NCBI GenBank assembly: GCA_024626585.2 | Contig: JANKJI020000002.1 | Location: 267,953,920 to 267,977,536 of the forward strand | Length of the DNA: 23,617 bases | Direction of reading: 5' to 3' | Origin: Ginkgo biloba | Taxonomy: Eukaryota; Plantae; Ginkgophyta | Shown here: piece after piece, positions 10,669 to 22,893 of the stretch | How the letters are laid out: each line of letters starts with the position of its first letter | Position numbering within the stretch: position 1 is the stretch's first letter | Position numbers and translations under genes: made by a program | The notes under the pieces: generated by a model | What the model was told of the DNA's origin: nothing | What the model saw: only the letters and a program-made list of their open reading frames with translations | Databases searched by the model: none

Positions 10669-11334
10669 TCCATCCTTCCCATTCTTCATCATCCTGCTCA
10701 AGTTGAGCAATGGATGGTGGAGTAACAGTAACCAATATCGTTTCCTAGTACATCTAACTCAGGCACTAGTGGATCACATGTTATTGTAATAGAAGGTCCC
10801 ATTAAATCCAACATCTAAGTAGAATATCCTAGTATAGAAACAATTGTCATGACAACTACTAGTGTTGAAATTAACACTCTTGAGGCTGAAATTAGAGGAA
10901 ATGGAAATTTTCCTTTGCACACAACCACTTTTCAATTGTTGTTAGACTTTAATGTATATTTTTAAAATACATAACTTAGTTTTATGTTAAGGCTAAGTTG
11001 TGTAGCGGTTGCATGTAGGATTAGTCTAGCCTTTGGAGTTAGATTTTAATTAATTTAAAATGTCTTGTACTTTGACTAATAAATACTTCCTTTCATTGTG
11101 GAAGTTAGGACAGTTCGTAGGAAGATAATTGCTTGAGCCATATTCAAATATGTTTTCTTCATTCATTCGAATGCATCAAGTATCTAGTTGAAGTTGCATA
11201 ATAAAACTCCATTGTATATCTCTCCTCTTCTCTTNNNNNNNNNNNNNNNNNNNNNNNNNNNNNNNNNNNNNNNNNNNNNNNNNNNNNNNNNNNNNNNNNN
11301 NNNNNNNNNNNNNNNNNNNNNNNNNNNNNNNNNN

Positions 11335-11940
11335 ATTTAAGAAATTATTTATTTAAGTTCATCCAATTGTTTCCTAGGATTTCTATCCATTGTTCTCTAA
11401 TAACAACATCCACTCCTTCTAATGGCATAACATACATGGGAGTTTAAATTAGAAAGTCTCTTGTGGTTAAATCAATTTTATGATATTTTTCTTCACATGA
11501 AATAGATCCTCCACCAACTACCATGATTTGGAGTTGTGTTGTCAGATATTTGAATTGGTTTAGTAATTTTGCTAAATGTTTGTTAATAAAGTTTTGGGTA
11601 CTTCCACTATGAATAAGGAAAAGCACCTTATACTTTTTAATATAGCCTTGAATTTTCAATGTTTTAGGTTGATTTATGCATGTTATTACTGCTAAGGATA
11701 CTATTAGTGTCACTTCATTATCTTGTTTTTATTCAACTAGTCACTTATCATCATCCTCGTTATCCTCACTATCACTTCCACCATCTGTTCCTTTAACATC
11801 TTATTCTTTATTATCAAGTTCATATAGGAAGAAATTCTTTTTTATAATTATTATTACATTTGTAAAATGTTCCTTTTGCTTTATTCTCTTGAGTATATGT
11901 ATTTGTTAATCTAATTCATGGAGTATTTTTAGTTTGATCA
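11335..11940 (-). mobile_element. Ty3/gypsy (chromovirus-type) gag C-terminus and aspartic protease remnant
   Basis: RLTNTYTQENKAKGTFYKCN (decayed zinc knuckle) and an acidic linker are followed by VSLAVITCINQPKTLKIQGYIKKYKVLFLIHSGSTQNFI...TPMYVMPLEGVDVV. This is the retropepsin LIDSGSTHNFI motif with the catalytic Asp changed to His. Several stops. Confidence 0.92.
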
Positions 11941-12450
11941 TTAATTGTCTTCATGTTCCTTTTATTGAAGAGTAGGTATACAACCTCTTATATTTTTTGA
12001 TATCTTTGGTGAAGAATGGGTATTTTATAACAATAAGAAAAAAATGAGTGTCTTCCACTTCTTATATAGGGTAAGTATGCATAGTATTCTCCCACCACTG
12101 GGCTATGAATGCCTCTTCATACTTATCATCGCCATAATGTGTAAGATGCAGAGTGATCCCATATGCTAGATAGAAGGGGACAAATTGATTAAGAAATCTA
12201 CTTTTGTTTGCAGTATATCCATCCCTGACCAATAATGTAAATTGATGACATGATTCATCTAATGACCACAAATGGTGATGTGACATCCATAGAGGGAACA
12301 TCATGAATGGAAGATAAAATCAAGTCAAAATCACCTTAAATGATTCAAACTCGCCTTTAGAAAGGACAAAACAACTTTGAGGAAGGTCAAAACCAGTCAA
12401 ATAATGTTGATAGAGTCAAAACAACTCTATTTTGTTGGTCAAAAGTTCAA

Positions 12451-12524
12451 ATGATGATATGGTAGTCCAAAGGATGATGTGGAAGTCCAAAGGATGATGT
12501 GGAAGTCTAAAGAATGACATGGAA
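12451..12524 (+). repeat. 20-bp minisatellite, ~3.7 copies
   Basis: Consensus AGGATGATGTGGAAGTCCAA, head to tail with no spacers. Confidence 0.9.
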
Positions 12525-12968
12525 ACAACATTAATGANNNNNNNNNNNNNNNNNNNNNNNNNNNNNNNNNNNNNNNNNNNNNNNNNNNNNNNNNNNCAGT
12601 CAAAGTTGTTGGTCGAATATCTATAGAAAGTTGCATTAAATAATGAAGAATAGTTGCATTAAATACTAGTTAAGAGAAATTTAAAAGCTACATGCCCTAT
12701 GTAAAGGGAGTTGCCACAATAGTACTGTTAATAGTTGGAACATAACTTTTTAAAAAAATAAAAAGTAGGCAGCTAGAAAAAATAGCAAAGGGGGACGATG
12801 ACAATCAAGGATGCATAACATCAAATGCAAGATTTTAGTTCAACAAGATGACTCTTGAGCTTTAATTGGATAGTAAACCTTGAATTGGCAAATGTACCCC
12901 AAATATTTGCAGAAAAGAATTGGTGAGAATTCCACATAATTACTATCCAAAAAGTAATATATGAGTAC

Positions 12969-13162
12969 CTTTCCATTGTAAATTGAAGCTAAAATCAACT
13001 GTACACCCTCATGTGCCTGTTGTAAACATTCAAATATAGAGTAACCAATCTTTGAATCGATGCCATTTGTAGGCCTTCTTTCCATAGTCCCTATTGCCCC
13101 TACTATTGTTGAACTTCGTTTGACATGTGCATCATAAGATCCATTGTTAGAGGAAAGTTTAC
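12969..13162 (-). CDS. Internal exon (194 nt, phase 1/0) of unidentified host gene: (G)KLSSNNGSYDAHVKRSSTIVGAIGTMERRPTNGIDSKIGYSIFECLQQAHEGVQLILASIYNGK
   Basis: Acceptor TTTGCAG|GT and donor AAG|GTACTC. Lies within ORF 12840-13199 and has a globular-looking C-terminal half. Confidence 0.7.
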
Positions 13163-14018
13163 CTGCAAATTTGAATGGTGATGTTAATTTTTTTGCCACA
13201 TGGAAGTTTCAATTAAATTTCGGAGAAAAAAAATCCATCTTCATATTGTCCATACTGTAATGAACTTAATGCAGACTTGACACATGCCAATAACATTCCA
13301 AAATTCCACATTCACGTGATTATAAGCTTGAAGTGTTAAATATGAAAAAAGACATTTGCTATTTGTAAACTATAAGAATCCAAAAATGCAAACCAATGGT
13401 TTTAGAAATGGAAACTAATTGATGTCATAATAAAAAAGCCACATCAATAAAGATGGTTTTGAGAGTATCAACATTGATAGATTACATAGGTATAACATTG
13501 AGAATCCCACAATTATATGCATTATGCCACACTTTGTAATAACTTAGGTTACATATTTATAGGCAAACACAAATCAAGACTCCAACAATTACATAGACTT
13601 AAATACATAGATGGAAGTGTCCATGCAAAACAGAGGAGGAATTATCTACAAGAGGTCCTTCCTTATGATTCGCATAGAAAAAAACTAACATGGGCATAAA
13701 CTCAAATAGAATGATTAAAAGTATTTGTGTAGTTTATCAATTGACATTTATCACAACTAATACTCTATGTTATTCCGCAAGGTTTCTATTTAGTTGATTT
13801 TGGTTTTGAAAGTGTACTTATTTAAAAATTGATATTTTGTCCTATTTTGTAGTAGGATAGTAGGCTTCACATTCCATTGAGATGGGATGATTTTGTTGAA
13901 ATCAAATATTCATCATCTNNNNNNNNNNNNNNNNNNNNNNNNNNNNNNNNNNNNNNNNNNNNNNNNNNNNNNNNNNNNNNNNNNNNNNNNNNNNNNNNNN
14001 NNNNNNNNNNNNNNNNNN

Positions 14019-14390
14019 CTAGCATTTATTATTGTGCTATGTTTTATTATGACATGTATTTATTGCTTATGTTAAAGTTCATTTGATTAAGACATGATTG
14101 AGTTGTTAATGTAAGTGTTAATTGAGTATTTTGTAACTACCAACTACCTCCTCAACAATATAAATGTATGGAGATCATTGTAGGACGACATTGGAATTCA
14201 AGCCTTGATACAAGTATTGTGGAAGTTTATTCCAACAATCCCCTCATCAATTGCTACTGTGCTTATATGTGAATTGTGTATTCTTAATGCATGCACAAAT
14301 ATATGTGAACATCTAGTGTTGTTGCAACAAGATCAAACCTTTTGAAGGCATCAATGTAAGTTCTATTGCAATTCTTTGTTATACTACATT
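14019..14390 (+). mobile_element. Possible LTR 3' half
   Basis: TATA-like ATATAAAT at ~14158 followed by TCATTGTA. Ends ...TACTACA before TTGGT, which may be a decayed primer-binding site. Confidence 0.3.
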
Positions 14391-16599
14391 GGTTACATCG
14401 TTGTGGCTGAAAGGTTGCATTGAGATTTTGGTAAAATTATGAGAGATGCTCCTTGAGGACTAACTAGTGGGAGAAAAATCTTAAACGCAATTGTGAAAGA
14501 TCACCACAATGCAAAATACTTCCAAATTAGACAANNNNNNNNNNNNNNNNNNNNNNNNNNNNNNNNNNNNNNNNNNNNNNNNNNNNNNNNNNNNNNNNNN
14601 NNNNNNNNNNNNNNNCTAGAGAGAGGTTAGAACAACTTCCCTGCACACCTCAATGCACGGAGTGATGTGCGATCGTGTGTGCAGCCATGTGTGTTTATAT
14701 ATAAAACATAAATAGGATATCAATTCATAACTATTTTCAATACGTGTTTCCAAAAATGCGCATGTAAACTATGCACATAGATGAACCATCCATGTAATAT
14801 ATAGCATTAGATATAGAATGTACCAAAACTCACAATANNNNNNNNNNNNNNNNNNNNNNNNTCTTGCCACGTAGGAAATGAAATACATCTTCTAACTTTT
14901 TCCTCTTCCTTCCCAATGTTTCACTTTAAGCAGATTTGACAAAGAAATGAGCAAGTAACACCCCAAACCCACCCAACTCAACCTTAGGACTACGAAGATA
15001 TGATTCCACAATAAGCAGAGCGACAAAGACTAAACTTCCATAGAGAGGACAACTAGCAAAATGTTGTGGANNNNNNNNNNNNNNNNNNNNNNNNNNNNNN
15101 NNNNNNNNNNNNNNNNNNNNNNNNNNNNNNNNNNNNNNNNNNNNNNNNNNNNNNNNNNNNNNNNNNNNNNGACCATATTCTCTTCTCTTGAGATGTTATC
15201 TACCTCTCTTAATTGATGGTCCATCATCTTGATCTCCGTGAAGACTCCAATCCAAGCATTCAGTGTGTTGAGAACATGGAGCCAACCCATGCTTATAAAC
15301 AAAATGTGTAAGTAAGAAGCATTGTCTCCACCACATGGTGCCTTGTCTAGATTCATATTCCTATGTAGCAAATCATCCTTCTTGATCTTGTTTATGAGAG
15401 TCTTCNNNNNNNNNNNNNNTAGTGATACAATGTCTCCAAAGCATTTATTTATTGTTTGTATGCAGTGGGTTCATTCTCCATAACCACTGCTATCTTCCCC
15501 ATCTATTTGATTTGGACTGACATTGTAATACATTTGGCTCCTTCAAACTTTGTATTTGGGTTTTCATGTTCCTACATCTCAAGTGATGGCTCAGTTTAAA
15601 ACTTGACTCTATGATTATATTGTCCCACTGCTGCTTCTTGCCAGAGCAAGTGTCTTCCTTGTTATCAATTTGAGTTATTGAGCAACAGAATGAATATGCA
15701 TAAGATGCACCTGTATTATTAATGGAGCTTGTATCCAGGCTGGCACTTGCAACCAATTCAGGGTTCACAGTCTTGAGAAAAAGTTATTAACATGGGAAAC
15801 CAGATACTATTTGTTGGCTTGCATGTATGTCCAATCAGTACTTTATTTCTTGTTGAGCAGAGGTTGACTATTTCCCCTTCTATTTTCTATGTTGGCAAGC
15901 TAAATGTCTCCCTTGGGGTTTGTGTGGAAGATTCCATTATCATCTTTTCAGTTCCCCATGTTAAGTTGCTGGAAAAAGGTTGGAACTATTGTCAATGTTC
16001 ACTGATGTCCTTCTGCTTGCTTCTCTTTATCATCCTTCCAATTATTCTTATGGTAGTGTTCAGGTAGCAAGGTCTCACTTTCCCTTGCCCCCATGCAGTT
16101 CCAAGTATTATTCATATTGGTTGCTTCATCCATTATTTGCACTACTGTTATTAGTTTCCAAGCAATTCCAGTCTCTTAGTCTTACAATATAGGATAATTG
16201 CTTATTCTCTTCCCTAGCCCNNNNNNNNNNNNNNNNNNNNNNNNNNNNNNNNNNNNNNNNNNNNNNNNNNNNNNNNNNNNNNNNNNNNNNNNNNNNNNNN
16301 NNNNNNNNNNNNNNNNNNNNNNNNNNNNNNNNNNNNNNNNNNNNNNNNNNNNNNNNNNNNNNNNNNNNNNNNNNNNNNNNNNNNNNNNNNNNNNNNNNNN
16401 NNNNNNNNNNNNNNNNNNNNNNNNNNNNNNNNNNNNNNNNNNNNNNNNNNNNNNNNNNNNNNNNNNNNNNNNNNNNNNNNNNNNNNNNNNNNNNNNNNNN
16501 NNNNNNNNNNNNNNNNNNNNNNNNNNNNNNNNNNNNNNNNNNNNNNNNNNNNNNNNNNNNNNNNNNNNNNNNNNNNNNNNNNNNNNNNNNNNNNNNNNN

Positions 16600-17430
16600 C
16601 AATTGTCGGGCCTGCTTTACAGCAATGCTTGCGCTGCTTATAGAAGAAGATATATCAGGTTCTTTTTTCCTTTTATCTTCAACAATAAATTTTCCTGTTG
16701 TTATTAGTGACTTTGCATTGTTACGTTTAGGATCTTCACCTAGAGACAATTCATGTAGCATTTGTGTTCTCATTTGAATAAAGGCCATGGACTCTTTAAC
16801 ACGTGTGATGTATTCTCCATATCCCATGCTATGATCCTTATCAAAATCACCCCCTTGAACTCTGACAGTCCCCTCAATGAAGGCCTCGTTAGCAGCAGGA
16901 TTTTCATGGCTTTCTAGTGTGAAACTGTTTTCACTTTCCTCATCGCTTGATCGCAATTCATGCTGAGGTACCACATATGTCCAAAAACTGAGGTCTCCAG
17001 TATCAATTGATTTATCCATCATTCGAACACAATTAATGGAATCCTTATTCTTTTCACTGTGCTGATTCATCTGTGACCTCTCNNNNNNNNNNGAAACAGA
17101 CACAATTGCAGTATCTTCTTCCTGCAGTCCACTCAAATATGCCATGTTCCTTGATTGGATAGCTGTACTGTTTTTAACTCTCTGTTTCTGATGAGGATTT
17201 CCCCTGTTGTTAGCTGGAGTCGGTTCAAGTTCACAACATGCAGTCTCTACTCCATCATCCTTTGGATGGAATAGATCCTTAACACCCGTAAGATTGGCCA
17301 GTAATTGCGCACCTTCCTCACTGAATTTAGAAGCACGTCCTACTCTAAAAGGAATTGCCTCCTTTTCGGAACTCATATTTAAATGCCGAAATCTCATCCA
17401 AGAATTATGTTGATTTCCAAAAGGTAAATC
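16600..17430 (-). CDS. Large exon encoding a disordered hydrophilic region (DLPFGNQHNSWMRFRHLN...AVKQARQL); 3' end in or beyond gap 16221-16599
   Basis: About 277 codons without a stop (10 N inside). The frame opens a few codons after an in-frame stop, at a strong acceptor GATTTTCTTATGTTTTTCAG|GAT with T-rich intron-like sequence upstream. Confidence 0.65.
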
Positions 17431-18250
17431 CTGAAAAACATAAGAAAATCACTTTTATCACATTGTCATTTAATCATAAGCTACTTCTCTATTGATTCAC
17501 AAACTCAGCACAGTATTTCAATATTGGTCCCTGTGTCCAATCAGGAAGGCATGGAAAACATTGACTGAAAGAAGGAAAATCAGATAAACCCCTTCAGGAA
17601 GAAACATTTAAAAACGAAGATTTGTGGGGGGAACAGCCCAAGAGTCAAAATTCAAAATATTGCTCAGAAAAAAAGGATATTCCAATCATATTCTTTGGTC
17701 AAGAAGAAACAGAGAGTTTCAGGAAAACATATTTCGGGGACAATAAGAATATTGACAGCCTTACATCGTAGCTGTAAATTCATTTTGTACCTAAAAAATA
17801 ATTTATAAGAAAAAGATTTTAAAGAATACAACTCATCCCCAGAAATGTTGGTGCAGAAGATGAGGGTTGCCTCTTTTTATAACTCATTTAAATGCTGATA
17901 TTTTATACCATATGTCAATTTCTGAAATGTAATTTCTCAAAATCAGAACTAAAACATTTTATTGCACATGGAATTTTCTTTTGTTTTGAACACACATATT
18001 TTGATCAAACTAAAAGAGAGCTTACAACTTATGCAATGCATGGAGAACCTATTAGATACTAATAGCTTTATTTAGAAGATAAAATCTAACATATAAGCTC
18101 TATAAAAGTTGTCTTTACTAGCTACAACCCAGCCAAAGGACATCCATAAAACAATTCTATTGTGAACAATACAAAACCAAGTTGTGGGTGCTGAAGCAAC
18201 ATAAAACAAGCTCTCGCAAAATGTCAAGAAAATATTGGTGAAGTAGGAGT

Positions 18251-18748
18251 CTCTCTGCTGGTCTTATCTCCTCCTTCAATGGGTCCCAAAACAGGAATGT
18301 GATGTCTTCAGGTACCTGGGACTTTTCTTCTAGGACCAAATAGGCAAGAACTGTGTCCTTGTCAGAATCTGAAAGGTTGTCAAGGGTTCTTCTGTTGGAA
18401 AAACCAAGTACATGTTATGCAATAATGACAAAGATAACACAAGAAATGACTTAGTTACCTTCCACTGCTTCAGAGCAAAGGATAGGTGTCACCAGGGTCA
18501 TCTTTATGATTAGAAGGCTCTCTGCTGGTCTTATCTCCTCCTTCAGTGTGGCCTGAAACATGAACATGATGTCTTCAGATATCTGGGACTCTTCTTGTAT
18601 GACCAAATAGACAAGAACTGTCTCCTGGTCAGACACTGAAATGCCTTAAGGAGTTCTTCTGTTGGAACAACCAAGTAGGTTGTATGCGACAAGGACAAAG
18701 ATAATTCAAGCAATGACTTCATTGCTTTCCAATGTGTGAGAGAAAAAG
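18251..18748. repeat. Diverged tandem duplication with 267-bp period (second copy cut by gap)
   Basis: CTCTCTGCTGGTCTTATCTCCTCCTTCA starts at 18251 and at 18518. Similarity continues colinearly for ~230 bp. Confidence 0.92.
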
Positions 18749-19867
18749 NNNNNNNNNNNNNNNNNNNNNNNNNNNNNNNNNNNNNNNNNNNNNNNNNNNN
18801 NNNNNNNNNNNNNNNNNNNNNNNNNNNNNNNNNNNNNNNNNNNNNNNNNNNNNNNNNNNNNNNNNNNNNNNNNNNNNNNNNNNNNNNNNNNNNNNNNNNN
18901 NNNNNNNNNNNNNNNNNNNNNNNNNNNNNNNNNNNNNNNNNNNNNNNNNNNNNNNNNNNNNNNNNNNNNNNNNNNNNNNNNNNNNNNNNNNNNNNNNNNN
19001 NNNNNNNNNNNNNNNNNNNNNNNNNNNNNNNNNNNNNNNNNNNNNNNNNNNNNNNNNNNNNNNNNNNNNNNNNNNNNNNNNNNNNNNNNNNNNNNNNNNN
19101 NNNNNNNNNNNNNNNNNNNNNNNNNNNNNNNNNNNNNNNNNNNNNNNNNNNNNNNNNNNNNNNNNNNNNNNNNNNNNNNNNNNNNNNNNNNNNNNNNNNN
19201 NNNNNNNNNNNNNNNNNNNNNNNNNNNNNNNNNNNNNNNNNNNNNNNNNNNNNNNNNNNNNNNNNNNNNNNNNNNNNNNNNNNNNNNNNNNNNNNNNNNN
19301 NNNNNNNNNNNNNNNNNNNNNNNNNNNNNNNNNNNNNNNNNNNNNNNNNNNNNNNNNNNNNNNNNNNNNNNNNNNNNNNNNNNNNNNNNNNNNNNNNNNN
19401 NNNNNNNNNNNNNNNNNNNNNNNNNNNNNNNNNNNNNNNNNNNNNNNNNNNNNNNNNNNNNNNNNNNNNNNNNNNNNNNNNNNNNNNNNNNNNNNNNNNN
19501 NNNNNNNNNNNNNNNNNNNNNNNNNNNNNNNNNNNNNNNNNNNNNNNNNNNNNNNNNNNNNNNNNNNNNNNNNNNNNNNNNNNNNNNNNNNNNNNNNNNN
19601 TGCACTCGTTAGGCATCCACATGCTTAACAATATAGTATTGCTATCTGCCATTCCTGCATCAAACAATTTATCCAAATGACGTCAATTTTAATCTGTTGA
19701 CTAATTGCCATCATCTTCTTCTGCCAAATTAATCATCAGTCCTCCTCTGAAATACCAAACAATGGATTCTCATTGATCTACATATTCCTGTTTCGTCCAT
19801 GGCTTATTCAGAAATTCATTTGTGATATCTAACGGTAAAGAAAATCTCTCTTCTAGCATGGCTGAAT

Positions 19868-20760
19868 TTGGTGGAGAATTGCCAGAAAGAACTCTTAAGA
19901 AAGAGTACATTAGCTGTAGAAAAATCTGGTTCAATTCTGGATATATATGAGGAACCAAATGTCTCAGTTAATAAGATTGCAATTCAGAATCTGGTTGTTC
20001 CTTCAGTGAGTAAAATCAGAACCACCATTTCAGTTAGTGTTGCAATCAATAATGGAGCATCTGCGAGCAGTACATCTATGGGACCATTAGCACACAAAAT
20101 ACACAAATCCATCATTTCTTACAAGCCCATTTAAGGTAGAAACTAGGATGGAGATTCATCCTTTTGATGGAATATTGAATAATAAAAAGCTTGATAATAA
20201 CAATTAGAGATATATTTTTCTTTCCTTGGGTATACCAGAAAATAAAAATGTCTTTTGAAAGACTGAATATCACAAAACATGCCCTCTTATGGTGGAAGAA
20301 TTTTTGTGAAACGCAAAGACAACAAGGACAATTGCCAATAAGTTATTGAGAACAACTCAAGCAAGTTATGAGAAAGAAATCCTACCCAACTGAACACATG
20401 AAAATTTCAAAATTCAGTGTCAATATCTAAAACAAAAGGTAAAAAATTACCCTAATGAATTTGACTGGTACGCCATTAATTTCAAGTTCATGAATTAGAA
20501 GACTGCATACCAATATTCAGAAAGAGCCAGAGCTCTTTGAAATTAGAACTTTAGAAAATGTTTACCACAAGCTAATCATAGTGGAAGCTAAAGGGAAGTC
20601 AAAAACTTCACCTCCGCATTCATCTTCATCAATGTCAAGATTTCAGAAGAAATCTGGTCCCAATACACAGACAGTATTAGGGGAAAACTGCAAACACACA
20701 AACTACAACTCTAATCCAAAAGAAGAAAGGTAAGATATTACCCAAATTTGAATTGAAAAA
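19868..20760 (+). mobile_element. gag: Ty3/gypsy gag remnant (retrotransposon gag domain)
   Basis: Across frameshifts it reads PFKVETRMEIHPFDGILNNKKLD..QLEIYFS..KMSFERLNITKHALLWWKNFCE..ISY*EQLKQVMRKKSYP..QYLKQK..NEF..HTNIQKEPELFEIRTLENVY..VEAK, a typical plant gypsy gag pattern. Confidence 0.85.
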
Positions 20761-20921
20761 ATATATGGTCGCTCTAAGAGTGATTGTTAGTTCCTATATC
20801 TAGAGAAGAACAATGCAACGANNNNNNNNNNNNNNNNNNNNNNNNNNNNNNNNNNNNNNNNNNNNNNNNNNNNNNNNNNNNNNNNNNNNNNNNNNNNNNN
20901 NNNNNNNNNNNNNNNNNNNNN

Positions 20922-21831
20922 TGAAGATAGATCTGAAAAGAAACTATGAGATGTTATACCTTGGTCTACTCCATTACTTCCTTGGAGTAGAAGTGTGACA
21001 TAGACTCGCCCAGATATTCTTTTCTCAAGCTAAGTACACATGGGAGGTTCTAAATAGATTCATGATGCAATATTGTAAGCCTGCTTCGACACCGATGTAA
21101 ACAACGACGAAACTGTCAACATATGATGAGGGAAAACCAATAGATGGCACTTTGTATCGTCATCTAGTTGGCAGTTTGATCTATTTGACTATGACTAGAC
21201 CTAACATAACTTATTCAGTGGGAATGGTATCCAGATTCATGACAACACCTAAGCAAAGCCACTAGAAGGTTGCAAAGAGGATGCTCAGATACTTGTGATG
21301 TACTTTGTAGTATGGGATCGAGTTTGTGTCCAATGACAACTTTAGATTGCAGGGTTTTGTTGATTCTGACTGGGCCAGATGCATTGACAGTTGTAAGTCG
21401 ACATCTGGATATTTCTTCAGTCTTGATTCAACTGTGGTATCATGGTGCAGTAAGAAGCAACTCAATGTTTCTCTTTCATTGACTAAAGTTGAGTACAAGG
21501 CTGTAGTGATAGCATCTTGTGAGGCCATTTGGTTGAGGCAAATTCTTGGAGATATTGCTCTGCATCAAGATCAGGCCATGAGAATGTACTACGACAATCA
21601 AACTGTTCTAAGATTGCCAAGAATCTATTGTTCCATGCTCGCACCAAACACATAGAGGTGCATCATCATTTCATTAGAGAGTAGATCTAGAGTGGTGAGA
21701 TAGAGTCGATTTACAAGCCCACAAATGGACAACTGATAGACATATGCACAAAACCTTTGGGATGTGATAAGTTCAAAAATTTTAGAGATGGACTTGGTGT
21801 GAAATGCAACGAAATAAACATTAAGGGGGAA
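20922..21831 (+). mobile_element. pol: Ty1/copia pol remnant (RT C-terminal half and RNase H) with PPT
   Basis: Motifs EMLYLGLLHYFLGVEV, SQAKY, YRHLVGSLIYLTMTRPNI, GFVDSDWA, KSTSGYFF, SWCSKKQ, HARTKHIEVHHHFIRE and DICTKPL, with multiple stops and a frameshift near 21615. PPT AAGGGGGAA at 21823-21831. Confidence 0.97.
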
Positions 21832-22169
21832 TGTTAGCATACTTACTATTTATTCATTATACCTTAGTGTTAATCTTTGTAGATTTATTTGTATGTACAA
21901 GTCCCAAAATGTAAATTTACTTAATGTTTATATTTTTTTATATGCATACAGTTACACATTCGTGGTAACTTCCTCCAGAAGTTACACTTGGGGTAAGTCT
22001 TTAAAAAGACCCCTATACCCATTGTTTAATTCATTCACATTCAAAGTAATAAAGTGGCATACCAATTCTACCCAAGTTCTCCTGTGTTCTACTATTCTGT
22101 TGCTTTTGTGTTCATTTTTGCAGTTCTACATCTCACATTCTTCCTGGATCCTAGTTTAATATCCTATCA
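21832..22169 (+). mobile_element. 3' LTR (~338 bp) of the copia element
   Basis: Starts TGTTAG directly after the PPT and ends CTATCA (imperfect terminal inverted repeat). TATA-like TTAAAAAGACCCC near 22001. Confidence 0.75.
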
Positions 22170-22893
22170 ATATATACAGGGCATACCTCCAAACCACATG
22201 GATCTCTCCACCCAAACCTTTTAGTTCGAAAATGGCCTTTTACTATCAACACTTTGCCCACATTAGAGGACAACATCGATCTGATAGCGGATCTACACCT
22301 ACATGTCTCACATTGTGTGCGATTCTCCATTTTGGGTAGTTTAGAGTTTGCTCCCATCAACTTCAAGTAGAAACTCTACACCATGTGCCTAAAGACTTGT
22401 GCATTTGCAATCTTTTCTCNNNNNNNNNNNNNNNNNNNNNNNNNNNNNNNNNNNNNNNNNNNNNNNNNNNNNNNNNNNNNNNNNNNNNNNNNNNNNNNNN
22501 NNNNNNNNNNNNNNNNNNNTGTACAAGGGTATCATTCAGAGAGATCAAACATAAAGCAGTATGATGACCAAGGCCATGCTTTCTCTTGAAAATAATAGGG
22601 GACCCTTAATGGTGAGGGGGAGCCTTGTAAAAAAGGTGAATTTTTGTTGGGGAGAGTTGATGCACTAAACCTCAATGATAACTCCCAATATAATAATATG
22701 CTAATCACTATGCTACTAATGTGTAATCCCCAAATCTTGTCGGAGGGTCGGAGGGAAACTCTCAAACTTCTGGTTGATGTCCATCATCCGAGAGTTCCCT
22801 TCCGTCANNNNNNNNNNNNNNNNNNNNNNNNNNNNNNNNNNNNNNNNNNNNNNNNNNNNNNNNNNNNNNNNNNNNNNNNNNNNNNNNNNNNNN

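Noticed and set aside
12451-12524. Short repeated unit as a possible CRISPR array
   Set aside because: Head-to-tail with no unique spacers, no cas genes, and a eukaryotic context.
14900-14960. + strand acceptor/donor-like pair (pyrimidine tract, AAGCAG|ATT...CAA|GTAAC)
   Set aside because: Isolated, opposite to the gene model, with no supporting + strand exons.
17765-17790. Possible 26-nt minus-strand micro-exon (TTTTTTAG|GTAC...CGAT|GTAAGG)
   Set aside because: Splice signals are good, but the frame compatible with the 17430 exon contains a stop. It could only be a UTR exon, which cannot be supported without transcripts.
18543-19680. Long ORFs of 298-377 aa in the ORF track
   Set aside because: Composed almost entirely of X from the 852-N gap. 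The same applies to the other gap-spanning ORFs.
22170-22807. Possible TE coding fragments (SWIM-like CKC motif, short ORFs)
   Set aside because: Too short and degenerate, and interrupted by gaps. No motif convincingly recognised.
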